Assembly (NCBI RefSeq): GCF_000372725.1
Contig: NW_005201392.1
Coordinates: 66,521 to 130,520 of the forward strand
Origin: Emiliania huxleyi CCMP1516
Taxonomy: Eukaryota
DNA: 64,000 nt
Direction: 5' to 3'
Part shown: positions 1 to 11,775 of the stretch, piece after piece
Numbering within the stretch: position 1 is the stretch's first letter
Layout of the letters: every line of letters begins with the position of its first letter
The notes under the pieces: model-generated
Told to the model about the DNA's origin: nothing
The model's input: only the letters and a program-made list of their open reading frames with translations
The model's database searches: none
Translations under genes and position numbers: made by a program

Positions 1-100
1 CGAGGGGGGCGCCGAGGCGGGTGATGCGCCAACTGCAGGACGTTGTGGTTTGCCTTTGGACACCGACCAGTGATGTGTGTTCTCGGCTCTATCGGCACGC

Positions 101-481
101 CTGCGGCGCCTCGTCCCGGCCGTCCTGCGTGCCGGGGTACAGGTTCCAGTCGCACAACACGGCCGTGTCACTGTTGATCATGCCTGGGGGGGGGGGGGGG
201 TTCGGAGCTTAGAGACGGTTCGTGGAGAGGGCGCCGGGCGGCTCGCTGCTGCTCGTGCCGTTGGACTCGAGCAGCCGCAGGTCGGGCAAGAAGTCCTGCG
301 GCAAAAGGGCAAGAGGTCGGGCCAGGCCAGGTCCGGGGTACACTTCCACACACACACACGAGCTGGTGGGGCAGGGGCCAGGCTAGTCCCTCGCGACTCC
401 ACGTCTAGACGACAGGAGCTGGCACGGCATTCAACGTGCAAGGCCCAGTGCGCGTGGGTGAGCGGTGTGCGTGCGCGCGTT

Positions 482-513
<32 letters not shown>

Positions 514-1692
514 AGTGAGTGAGTGAGTGAGTGAGTGAGTGAGTGAGTGAGTGAGTGAGTGAGTGAGTGAGTGAGTGAGTGAGGGAGTGAGTGAGTGAGT
601 GAGTGTGTGTGTGTGTGTGTGCGCGCTTCTCCTCCCGCTGTGGGAAGGACAAGGCTCGGACAAGGCTCCCCCCCGTATCTCCCCCGTATCTCCCCCGCAT
701 CTCCTCGTATCTCCCCGCATCTCCCCGTACCTCCCCCGCATCTCCGCATCGCAAGGCAGGAGCCTCCGCCATCTCGACTGGGTCTCGACTGGGTCTCTGC
801 TGGGTCTCTGCTGGGTCTCTTGCTGGGTCTCGGCAAGCTCCCTGCTATCTCCCTGCTATCTCCCTGCTATCTCCCGGCGATCTCCCTGCGATCTCCCTGC
901 GATCTCCCTGCGATCTCCCTGCTATCTCCCTGCGATCTCCCGGCGATCTCCCGGCGATCTCCCGGCGATCTCCCGGGCCAGACCTTGATGGAGTGGTCGA
1001 GCAGCACTGCGTCGAGAGGCCGAGCGCCGTGCTTAGCCTGGATCGACGGGAGCCGATCGGCCACTGACCCGATCCGCACCTGCTCACGGGGGGGGACAGG
1101 CGTGGAGAGACGCCGTTCACAGCCGCTGCGCCGCCGCTCCGCTCCCCACCTCCACGCGGTCCCGCAGCCCCGCGTGCTCGACCACGGTCGACGCAATCGC
1201 GGCAAACAGCGGCTCGATCTCGACCGAGACGAGCTTGGCGCCGGGCGGGAGGAGGCGGCCCATCCGGACGGCGGTGTAGCCGCAGTACGTGCCCAGCTCC
1301 ATCACGTACGCCTCCGGCCCGCGCTTCGCATGCACCTCCTCGACGGCGCGGTCGATGGCCTGGCTGCGCAGCTTCCACTCGGCCGTGCCAGCGCCGTTGA
1401 AGTACGTGTCCCAGAAGACGTCCATCGCGTCGAGCACCGAGGCCGGATCGCCCTCCGTCGACGAGCTGATCACGTGCCGCAGCAGCGAGCGCTCGCGCAG
1501 CTCGTTGAAGTCCGAGGTCGCAGAGGGCGGCCGCGCAGCGTCGTTTGAGTCCCAGCGCACGGGCGGCGCAGGGCGCGAGATCGCCGAGGCGCGCGCCGCC
1601 GACAGCGGGCTGAAGGCGCCCGCGCCCGCGTGGAAGCTCCGGCTCCGCAGCGCGCGCGTCGTCGCGCCCGAAAAGGGCTTGAGGGAGATCAT
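101..1692 (-). CDS. COMT: Catechol O-methyltransferase-like SAM-dependent methyltransferase, multi-exon; 3' end may lie near or beyond the window edge
   Basis: Exon 1 has VMELGTYCGYTAVRMGRLLPPGAKLVSVEIEP (SAM-binding motif I). Later exons read VRIGSVADRL..LDAVLLDHSIK (~1081-985), DFLPDLRLLESNG (~297-257) and MINSDTAVLCDWNLYPG (~183-101), matching the COMT DHWK..YLPD..LLADN region. Confidence 0.85.
337..620. repeat. Dispersed repeat family D, copy 1 (~130 bp core followed by (TG)n and (TGAG)n), inside a COMT intron
   Basis: Core GTACACTTCCACACACACACGAGCTGGTGGGGCAG...GGCATTCAACGTGCAAGGCCCAGTGCGCGTGGGTGAGCGGTG is near-identical to 60688-60920 and similar to 58961-59210. Confidence 0.9.
667..975. 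repeat. Intronic 10-11 bp satellites (TCTCCCCGCA/TA, GGGTCTCTGCT, CTCCCTGCGAT/CTCCCGGCGAT)
   Basis: Visible tandem arrays within the COMT intron. Confidence 0.9.
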
Positions 1693-1765
1693 CTAGGAGG
1701 AGGAGCGGTGGCGGCGCCCGATGAGGTCAAAAAAATGCACTAACATCGAAGGCTAAGCTCAAAAA

Positions 1766-4700
1766 ATGCACTTTTCGGTCTTCAAAAGAAATCCGGTGGC
1801 ACCCCGTGTTGAGCCGAGCGACACAATAACAGCGGGCGCGTCTCACCACTCACCGCATCTCATGATCTGCATCCTCGCGACCGCCGTTAACAGCACGGCA
1901 GCTTCCCGCGTCGGTCCCTCTCAACCTCCTGTTTTCTGCGTGCACGCCGGATTGGGCGGGCGGCGGGCGGTCGTCGGATCGGCGGACGCTTCTCGAGTCC
2001 CAACCCGCGAGTCTGTCACTGAGCCGCCGGATGCGGCGACCATATCTCGCGAGACCCTTGAGGCGACGGTCAGAGATGGCTCGGACGCGGTCAAGCACAT
2101 CGACCTCGAACGGCACTCGGCAGAGGCGCTCTCCGCGCCGCCCGACTTGACGGGGCGTGTGGGCACGACCAGTCCGTGGGGCGTCCAGCATGAGTACAAC
2201 CGCGGCTGTGTAAGCACTTCTGCGCCGACGCTGCTGCTTCTCCTACTCGCTGCCTGCGGTAGTGGGTTGCTGCTGCGCCTCCTCACAGCTGACGGCGGGC
2301 TCAAGTGGGCGCGGCGCTTCGGCGCAATCGGGCTGTTGGGCACGTGCGGCGCCTGCTGGCTGCTGCTGGGGCAGCGAGCGCCGCGCTCCGGTGCAGCCTC
2401 GGGTCAGCGAGCCAGCAAGGCGGTCCGTCCTCGGCTGAGCAGGAGTCGCGGCGCGGTGGCCTTGCTCCTGCTGCTCTCTTTCCTCCCGGTGGTTCGGGCT
2501 TCCTCCCCGCCCTCATCTCCGCCTCCTGCGCCGCCCTCCCCGCCGCCATTGGCGCCGTCGCCGCCACGGTCACCGCCGCAGCTGCCGCCACCGCCGCTGC
2601 CCCCGCTCGTCCCCGGCGAGGCCGTCGCCCACACGCCTCAAGGCATCCGGGACGAGATCAACAAGGCCATGGACCAGGGCCGCAACGCGAGCGTCTTCAT
2701 CCCGCCGGGCGCCCGCCTTGCCTTTAGCAGCAACGTCGAGTGCAGCGGCGACCTGCACTTGAACATGCACCTCTCGGTCCGGAGCAGCGGGGAGGGCGCA
2801 ACGCTCGACGGCAAGAAGAGCTCCAACATGTTCTACATCTCGGGCGGCTGCAGCCTCTACCTGGAGGCACTGCACTTTGTGGACGGGCGTAGTGATGATA
2901 ATGGCGGTGCGGTGCGCGCTGATGGCGCTGGCGACATTGCGATGAAGGACGTGTCCTTCACGGGCTGCGAGGCCAGCGGGGTGCGCCGCCCCTCTCTCCC
3001 ACGCACCGCTCGGACCCACAAGCCCCCGCCACTCTTAGTCGCATGTCTCCCCCATGCCTTGTGGCTAGCCTGAGCAGCCCCACGCCCGCTGACGCCCCGC
3101 TTGCACTGTCGCCCTCGCGCAGTCCGGAGGAGGTATGAGCGTGCACAGCAGCGGCGACGTCTCGCTGGAGGGCGCCAGCTTTAGCGAGTGCACGGCTGCC
3201 CGGGTGCGTCTCCCACGCCCGCACACGCTCGCCTCCCCCGCACACGCACACTCGCACGCCATCGCCGCGCCGGAAGCGGGAGACGAAGGCAGAGGGACAT
3301 GGGGTGGCAAAGGGCGGTACGCATTCCCCAAAGGGCCACTGAGGGCCTACCCGCCCTCTCGCCCTCTGACGCCCTCGCCGCTTATGACTGCACGCCCCAA
3401 CTCGCGCAGTACGGAGGAGGTATGGTCGTGGACAACAGCGGCCACGTCTCGCTGGAGGGCGCCAGCTTCAGCGAGTGCACTGCTCGCAATGTGCGTCTCC
3501 CACCGCACACGCTTGCCTCCCCTTTACACGCACGCTCGTACGCCATCGCCGCACCGGAAGCGGGACATTTGCCCGCCCCAACTCGCGCAGCCCGGAGGAG
3601 GTATGAACGTGTACAAAAGCGGCGACGTCTTGCTGGAGGGCGCCAGCTTCAGCGAGTGCACGGCTGCCCAGGTGCGTCTCCTACGCCCGCACACGCTTGC
3701 CCCCCCCCCCCCCCCGCACACGCACACTCGCACGCCATCGCCGCGCCGGAAGCGGGAGAAGAAGGCAGAGGGACTGGGGTGGCACGCTTTCCCCAAAGGG
3801 CTACTCTGGGCCAGCCCGCCCTCTCTCAAACGCTGACGGCCTCGCCGCTTATCCTTGCCCGCCCCAACTCGCGCAGTCCGGAGGAGGTATGAACGTGCAG
3901 AACAGCGGCGACGTCTCGCTGGAGCGCGCCAGCTTTGTCGGTTGCACGAGTGAGACAAAAGCGGTGCCGCGCGCCCCCTCCACAAGAGGGTGCACAAACT
4001 GAAACGGGAGACCAGACTGTGTTCTTTTGTAGGCTCTTTATCTCAATGGCGTCGAGCGTCTCGCTCTCACCAACTCGCACTTTGTCGACAATATCGCGAG
4101 CCAAACCCCCGCGGCACTCTTCTTCGCCTCCGGCATCGCTGCCACCGACTCGATCCTCCGCAACACGACCTTCTTCCGCAACTCTGCGCCAGGAAACATC
4201 ACAATCCTCGCCGCCTCGCCTCTAACGTGGGACTGCCCGCTCGGCTCTTGGATGCCGAACGTCGGCCAGCTCGTCGGCGACTTGTCCGGCTGCAACAGGC
4301 TCTGCGCGGAGGGTCACTACGGGAACGCGTCGGACCACTTTACCTCCGACTGCAGCGGCCCCTGCTGGCTTGGGCATTTCTGCCCAGAGGGATCCGTCCT
4401 CCCACAGAAGTGCCCCGCCGGGACCCACATGCCCAACAAGCGGGCGGCGAACGTTTCGGACTGCTTCCTCTGCGCCCCCGGCCAATACCAGCCAGAGAGC
4501 GGCCAGGAGGAGTGCTTGCCTTGCGCTGCGGGTTCCTTCTCCCGCGACGTGGGCAGCGCCGTCTGCGAAGCCTGCCCGAGGGGCGGCTTCTGCGAGGACG
4601 CGGGCGCCACCACTCGCCTTGTCTGGCAGCCTTGTCCCGCGGGAAGCTTCAACCCAAACAGAGGCTCCAGCTCGAACGCCTCGTGTGAGTTATGCCCCAT

Positions 4701-7700
4701 CGGCACGTCGAGCGCGGCACCAGGGGCGGAGGGCAGCGACACGTGCTCGCCCTGTGAGCCCGGCTATTTCGCCGCCACGCCTGGCCTCGCCAAGTGCGAA
4801 CGCTGCTCTGCTGGGACCTACCAGAACGACACGGGCGCGACGGGCTGCCTCGCGTGCAAACAGGGCAGCTACTGCGCCGAGGGCGCGGCGGCGCCGCTGC
4901 CGTGCGAGAAGGGCAGCTACTCGCGCGCAACCAACCTCGCCGCCGCGGCCGAGTGCACGGCCTGTCCCGCCGGCAGCGCTTGCTCCACGGGCAGCGTCGA
5001 GCCGACGCCATGCTCGTCTGGCACTTTCGCCGCAGAAGAGGGGCAGGCCAGGTGCGAGGCTTGCCCTCCCGGCACCTCGTCGGATCGAGGCAGCGACTCG
5101 TGCGACGCATGTGAGGCTGGTCGTTACGCCGCCAACGCCGACCAGGGCCTTTGCAATCGGTGTCCTCATCCCCTCAGCTCGGCCAGCGGCAGCACCACCT
5201 GCTCGTTTTGCATCGCCGACTACTACTTGCGGAACACCGCGGCCAACCCGGACGATATCTACAAATCCCCAGCCGAGTACTGCAAGGCTTGCCCGCCGAA
5301 CGCTGCCTGCCCGGACAACACTACCCTTTCGTCCCTCGTCCTCCCGCCTGGCTTCTGGCGCGCCAGCCCCTCCTCCGCCGTGCTGACAGAGTGCCGCCTC
5401 TTTGGCGGCGATGCCAAGGCCGGCAAGACGCGATGCGCCGGCAGCGAGCCGAGAGGTGGCGCCTCTCGCCGCCGGAGGATGGAGGAGGCGGGCTCGGACG
5501 CGTACTGCGCTCCCGGCTTCACCGGCCCCGAGTGCGAGCTCTGCGCCGCGGAGAACCACTACCTCGCCGACGGCGTCGAGTGCAAGGAGTGCGCTCCGCG
5601 CGGCGCGTCGGCGGCACTCATCGCCGGCATCGTCTTCGTCCTCTGCGCCGCGTGCGGCCTCGCGGCGTGGGCCTACAGCGAGACGGGCTGGCGGAAGAAG
5701 GCCTGCATCGGCCCTATCCTCCGCTTCGCGGACCGTGCCGTCTACTGGTACGTTGGCGTCGGGCTGACGGCAAAGCTGAAGATCCTCTTCGGCTTCTATC
5801 AGATCTGCACTGTCTTGTCCTCCACCTACTCCGCGCGGCTGCCGGAGGAGTACACTGGCTGGACCGACCGGCTGGCCAACGCGATGTCCATCGACTGGTC
5901 AGGCGTCTTCCTGCCGGAGCAGTGCCTCGGCTACGGCCTGCGACTCCTCGCCATTGCTCTCTCACCCGTCGCCCTCATCGCACTGCTCATGGGAACGGGA
6001 ATAGCGCTGCGGCTCCGCCGCTGGCGTGCCGCGCCGCCACCGCGCCCAACGGAATCATCGGGATCGGGACCGGGAGCCGACACCGGACTCGTGGAGGCAT
6101 CGATGTTTGAGGCATCGACGACGTCGGTGATGTCGGCGGTGTCGGCGATCGCTGAAGCGATAAACACAGACGAGTCAACGGTATCTGCATCGCACGCGAG
6201 GCCGTGGTACGCGGAGGCGGCCCTCGGCCTGCTCGACCTCACGCCGGCCGGCTTGGTGCTCATCTTCTGCTTCGTGCCCTCAATCAGCGCCTCCATCTTC
6301 CGCTCGTGGTCGTGCCAGGCGCCTCCAGCCGATGACTGCCGTTGCTCACGCCACCCCTCAGACCCCACCCCTCAGGCAACGTGCTGCTAATAGGCCTACA
6401 CCATCTCTCCGCCGAACGAGCCCCTGGAGCAGGTCTCCTACATGCGGCAGGACGCGAGCGTCGAGTGCGGCACCGAGGATCACGAGTCCATCACCGACCT
6501 CGCCATCGGCTTCATCGTCGTCTGGCCCGTCGGTTCGCTTGTCCTCTTCACGTCGCTCCTCGCCGCTTGCTACAAGCCGCTGCAGGCCAAGACGCCGAAT
6601 GCAATGACGCGGGCCACCGCCTTCCTCCACCGGGAGTACGAGAAGACCTGGTACTGGTGGGAGGCGGTCGAGCTGGCGCGCAAGCTCGTGCTCACGGGCT
6701 TCGTGCTGCTGATACCGGAGGAGCGCGCGTTTCTTCGCCTCGTGGTGGCGACCCTAGTCTGCTCATGCTACGCCGTCGCGCTCGCCGTCGTGCGGCCGTA
6801 CAAGCGGGTCGGCGATGACGTGCTAGCCGTCGCCACAAGCCTCGTGCTCCTCCTTCTCTTCCTTGGCGCCAACTGGACTACCATTTTCCTCGGCATTGAG
6901 GAGCGGTACCCCGGTACAGAGGAGGCCGCCGCCATCCTCGGGTTCGGCAAGCTGAACGGCGTCGTCAACTCGATGCTCGTCCTCGTCGGCGTGACGCTCC
7001 TCTTCTTCCTCATCGGCGCCGTCGTCGCCGCCCGCCGCGTCGCCATGATCCCCACGATCCGGCTCGCATCGACCAAGCAGCCCCCCGAGATGAGCATTGT
7101 GCTCGGCCTCACGTGGCACCTCTTCAACAGCCACATCTGGTGAGTCATGGCGCGAGAACAGGGAACAGAAAACGGCCCGCGTCACCGCCGCCCCTTACCC
7201 AAACGAATAGGTCGACCGGTCAAGACGCCGTAAAGGTCATCAAGGGTGAGCTCAAGCAGCTGCTGCCTGATATCAAGATCTTTCTCGACGCGCGCAGATG
7301 CTCATCCGCGCTAGCTACACACACAGAACACCTCTGACACACCGCGGTGTGCGCACAGGTGGATGATCTAAAGGATATTGGGGCGCTCGAGGAGTACATC
7401 CAACGGTCGCAAGTCGTCCTCTCCTTCCTCTCGCAGGGCTACTTCCGCTCCAAGGCGCGCCTCTTCCTCCCACAGCATCTTCACTCTGGCCTTACCGACT
7501 TCCTCCTGTCCCGCGCCACAGAACTGCCTCCGAGAGGTCCGCTCGTCGCTCGAGAAGGACAAGCCGCTCGTCCTCGTCCAAGAAGCGGACCCTGAAAAGG
7601 GAGGCGGGACGCTGCAGGCGCTGCGCGACGAGTGCCCCGAGGACCTGCAGCCCGACATCTTTGACAAGGACTGGCCGCTCACGATCTGGTACCGCATCGA

Positions 7701-8682
7701 TGAGTTCCGGCTCATCTCGCTCAAGATCATCGCCGAGGCTCCGCGCGGGCCACGGTCAGCCACTCCGCAATCCTCTCTGTCTCCCGACCGCCCCCACTTG
7801 TACCACAGGCGGTGCTCCTCTGCTCGCCCGCCTATCAGAACCAGACCTCCCTCCCGCTCTGCGTGTCGGGCGAGCTCGAGAGCGAGTCGCTCGTCTTTTC
7901 CAAACCGTGCACTCTCTGGGCCTCGCCAGCCAACCCAGGCGCCGCAGAGCTGGCCTGCGAGCTCGCCAGCGCCTTTCCCGGCCTCACCGTCTCTACCGTT
8001 GTGGACGTTGGCTCTTCTGCATCAGCGCGCCCATCCATGGCACTTCGCGGGTTGGCACGCCGAACGCGCCGCGCCGACAGGGCTACCCACATGCTGTTGT
8101 ACCTCAATCAGAATACCTGGCTGGAGGAGGACGGCGAGCGGCTGGCCGAGCACGTCAAGCAGGCGCGGGAAGACAAGCTGAAGATCGTCATGGCGCACGA
8201 GAACGACCCGGGCCTCGGCGGCTGCCAGTTCTCGAGAATGTTTGAAGTCACGCCGCAGGAGCGGGCTCGCGGAGTAGAGAGCGCATGCTCTCCACCGCCC
8301 AATCTCAGCTCCCCGCCCCCCAACCCTCCGACGCCGCAGGAGCTCATCGCCGGCGGACTCTACAAGGACCTGGCAAAGTCGTGCTTCCCGGGGCGCCACC
8401 GGAAGGCGCCCTGTCCAGCTCGCTTTGCGCGCATCGAGCTTTCGTGACGAGGGGCGTCCCTGTCCGCAGGTGTCGCTCGTGCTTCTGGCAAAGAGCCTAG
8501 GCGCGACCCCCGCTCGGTCGCGGGCGGAACTCCTTTCAGGCAGCATCGCCGAGCGCGGCAGCCTCGCGGGGCGTAGCTTAGGCGGCCTCAGCCGGGTGTT
8601 CGCCAAGATGAGCAGCCGCAGCTCTGCGGAGGCGCGAGACGTCTCTGGAGGCGAGGCGTCGTCGGTGCAGCGGCAGGTCTGA
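1766..8682 (+). CDS. Large multi-exon membrane receptor-like protein: hydrophobic N-terminus, Pro-rich linker, pectin-lyase/Pmp-like beta-helix repeats, GCC2/GCC3 (ephrin-receptor-like) Cys-rich repeats, ~9-TM TRP_C-like domain, TIR domain and a degenerate second TIR
   Basis: GGAV/GGGM..GDVSLEGASFSEC repeats at 2900-3960; many CxxCPAGxF/Y repeats at 4250-5600; TM region with KILFGFYQI and FLHREYEKTWYWWEAVELARK; spliced TIR HLFNSHIW|STGQDAV..IFLD|VDDLKDIGALEEYIQRSQVVLSFLSQGYFRSK|NCLREV; stop at 8680-8682. The start codon is uncertain. Confidence 0.8.
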
Positions 8683-9324
8683 TCGGCTGCGAGGCAAACG
8701 TGCCCAGCATCGTGAGAGGGAGCGTTGTAAAATTCACTTGCGCTCGCTGGTGTTGCGCGCGGAAATAAAGGGCGTCGCTAGTGTTGCGGCTTGCGCTTGC
8801 GCGTCGGCAGGTCTTTTCTGATTCTGTATTTTCACTGGAGCTTTTTTTACTTCAGTAGGACCATAGGAGGGTATAGATGCGATTCGGCTCTAAATTGGAA
8901 ACAGGTACGGCTCTACTGAGTACCGTCTCTGGGCGGGTGACTGGGAGGCGAGGGGCGGCCGGGGCAATGCTGAAATGAATGCAGACTACATGCAATCGCA
9001 CGGATGTGGACGATGCACGAGAGTCACGGGCGGCGGGCACTGTCCACTAATGCACATCAACCCGCGCTCTCACGCAGAGACACACGCAGACCAGAGCACG
9101 CCGCAAGGCAACGACGGCACCAAGGCGTTAAGGTTCGTAGGACACGCTCGCGTGGTGTGGCGTCGCCTGCACTGGGAGGAAGCGCCACGGGGAGGAAGCG
9201 TGGCGTGTCGATCGAGGTCGAAAAGAATTTTACCAGGTCGACCATGTTAATTCGCGCGACCGGCAAGGTGCGGGCGACGGCTTTCTCAGAAGCCGTCGCC
9301 CCCACCAGGAGCAGTCACGCCACC

Positions 9325-9400
9325 AAAAGAATTTTACAACACAACTCCCTCGCACGACACTGGGCACGCACGGGACTGGCGCGCACTGGCACTAACACAG
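9325..9400 (+). repeat. Dispersed repeat family A, copy
   Basis: AAAGAATTTTACAAC.AACTCCCTCGCAC.ACACTGGGCACG..GGACTGGCGCGCACTGGCACTAACACAG recurs at 58636-58705, with diverged copies at 58471-58540 and 39955-40030 (-). Confidence 0.85.
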
Positions 9401-9453
9401 AAGAAAAACGGGGAAAATCCACGCACTCTCTCTCGCTCGCGTTACAAAAACAC

Positions 9454-9548
9454 TCAGCGAGCGCAGCGCTGCAGATACGGCCGCGCCCAGTACGCGTTGT
9501 GAGCCTGGGGCAGTCTCGCCGGGAGCAGCTCTGCCTGCCACCAGTTGA
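9454..9548 (-). pseudogene. Degenerate duplicate of the JmjC last-exon segment
   Basis: Translates LNWWQAELL..NAYWARPYLQR, a copy with indels of 9970-10056 (LNWWQGPELLGETYNAYWARPYLQA). Confidence 0.75.
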
Positions 9549-9813
9549 GGTGTTGAGCGCGACGCGTCGTAGCCCCACCCCGCACAAACGACAAAGCACT
9601 CAAAAAACAAAAGGCGACCACTCCCCCCACCGTGGGGTTGTCAAACGTTAACTTTGGGCCTAACAGTTGCACTATTGTTGGCTGAACTCCTCAACGTTGT
9701 TCAAGTGTTCTCCCCAGCCCAAGCTGTTACGGTTTTGTTACTGTTCACGGCCTCATTCGAGACACCCGCGCAAGCCGCCTTCTCGATGAGTTCCGGGCTC
9801 CGCCTCTCGCGCG

Positions 9814-11775
9814 TTATGCACTCCTCGATCCGAGGACCGACGCGGCCCAGCTCCACCTGCCCTGCACCGTCGTGTGGAGCGCCGTCAGCCCGCGGCAAAC
9901 GCGACGCCCGAGCGGGCTGCCTGTGTCGGCGAGCGCCGCGCAGAGCTTCTCGCGCGGCGCGGCGACGCTCAGCGAGCGCAGCGCCTGCAGGTACGGCCGC
10001 GCCCAGTACGCGTTGTACGTCTCGCCGAGCAGCTCCGGCCCCTGCCACCAGTTGAGCGCGACGCTCAGCCCCCCGCCAGGACCGCTCCGCGTCGCCACCT
10101 GATGCCACCACTCCGGTGGCAGGTAGAGGACGTCCCCCGAATGCAGCCGGCACTGCAGTACCCCAAGCGACCGGCCGGCCGCGCCCGGGTGCGCCAGGTC
10201 GGCCGGCGAGAAGGAGGGGCTGAGCTCGTGCAAACTGCGTGGACAAGGGGAAGTGTCGATTATTGGTAGGCTCGCGGGTGGATGAGGCAAGGGGGAGGGG
10301 GATGGGAGGCGCAGAGGCAAGGAGAATGAAGCCGCACCGGCGTGTGCGGTAGCCGCCCATCTGGGAAGAGGGATCGACAGCCTCTGCGCGCTCGAGCTGT
10401 CGCGTCGGGCGGTGCCCCCAGCGCAACGCACCCCCAGCGGCGGGCGGAGCAACCGAGAAGTTCTTCTCGCCAGCGAGAACCTGCAACAGTGTATACTGCG
10501 ATATCGCCGAGATTGGTGAGCAGGGCCACGTCTACCTAGCGCGCCGCGTAAAAGTTGTGGTGAGCATCCCAGTGCGCCCCTGCGTGGACCTCGCCCGCCG
10601 ACATCCACACCATGGCCTGTTCACAATCGCAATCGTGGATCACGCCGCGCCGTTTCAAAGCCACACCGCGCAAAGGCGCGCCGCCTTCGACTTGGTCGGG
10701 AGGGATGCTTGTTGATAGAGTGGCTGCAGCATCACCTTGAGTGGGCCCGCCTCCGCAACGCCGCCCGGCACCCCCTCCAACAAGCGGGTCAGGTGGCGGG
10801 GCGGCGCGCTCCGCTGGCGGCAGCCGTCCGCCGGCGCAGTGTGCAGGAGTACCTTCACGGAAGGGGGGCAGTACAGCCAGTAGTCGTCGCCGTCAAGGTC
10901 TGTGACATAGTGCCGCGAGATGTTGCCGACACCTTGCCGACCTTGGTCCGTCAGCAGCTGGATGGCATCGCGCAGTGGCAGTGAGCTCTTCGCTGGAAAC
11001 ACCACCTGTTCATGGGCGGCCACGTGAGGACACGTCGGCGGTGGGTGCTCTTATGGCCACGTGAGTGACCGCGTCGTCGTCCGGAGTCACGACATCAAAT
11101 CCGCTCACCGCGGCAGGAATGCTCGCCACCTACTCTGCCATCTGACGAGTGGGGTGCCCATCACCGGCCAGCCTCGCACCTCTTCCTGCCCACCTTGACA
11201 TGCTCCTCCGGCCCGAGCCGCGCCACGAGCTCCTCCACCGAGCCCTGTGCCCACTCTGCCGCCTGCCAGCTTGAGGCGGCGCCGCGCAGGATGAGTGGTC
11301 GCGGCGAGGGCGACTCTGCGCGCAGTCCAGCGGCGGCGAGAAAAGTGGCAACGTCAGGCACGCCTTGCAACTCATCACACAGACTTTCCGCCGTGCTTGC
11401 GTTGCCAGCCGCCAGATCACGGGGCCAGCCGCGAAAGTTGGGGACCGGAGCGCCTGGCGCGGCAGCGAAGGCGATTGCGAACGCCGCGACTGCGAGCAAT
11501 GACGCCCAGCGTAAAGTGACGATAAGTGCCGCGGTGCGGAAAACTCCGAGCACGCAGCAGACGGTGATAAGCGATCTGCTCACGGCAAAGGTGAGCGCAA
11601 GCGCGCCGATTTCGATGGCAACGAGAGGGCCGGAGGAGGAAGAGCGGGACGTGGATGCCTGCGGCTCGGCGGAGGAGGAGGAGGGAGAGGATGGGCTGCT
11701 GCCGGATCCGGCCGAGCGTCGCCTCGGCTTTGGCATGAATGTTTCTGTGCACCACGGTCGTACGGTCGTCCCCAA
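9814..11775 (-). CDS. JmjC/Cupin_8 2-oxoglutarate-Fe(II) dioxygenase with N-terminal hydrophobic segments, multi-exon
   Basis: RPLILRGAASSWQA (11290), LYQQASL (10715), VWMSAGEVHAGAHWDAHHNFYA|VLAGEK (HxD, 10545-10615) and LHSGDVLYLPPEWWHQV..SVALNWW (distal His). Confidence 0.85.

Noticed and set aside
178..1067. ORFs with HT/CV/SLTH/ISP repeats (also 59052-59313, 60754-61137, 61421-62897)
   Set aside because: Translations of microsatellites and intronic satellites.
101..11775. COMT, TIR receptor and JmjC as a functional gene cluster
   Set aside because: Only adjacency supports it; there is no shared pathway evidence in the sequence.
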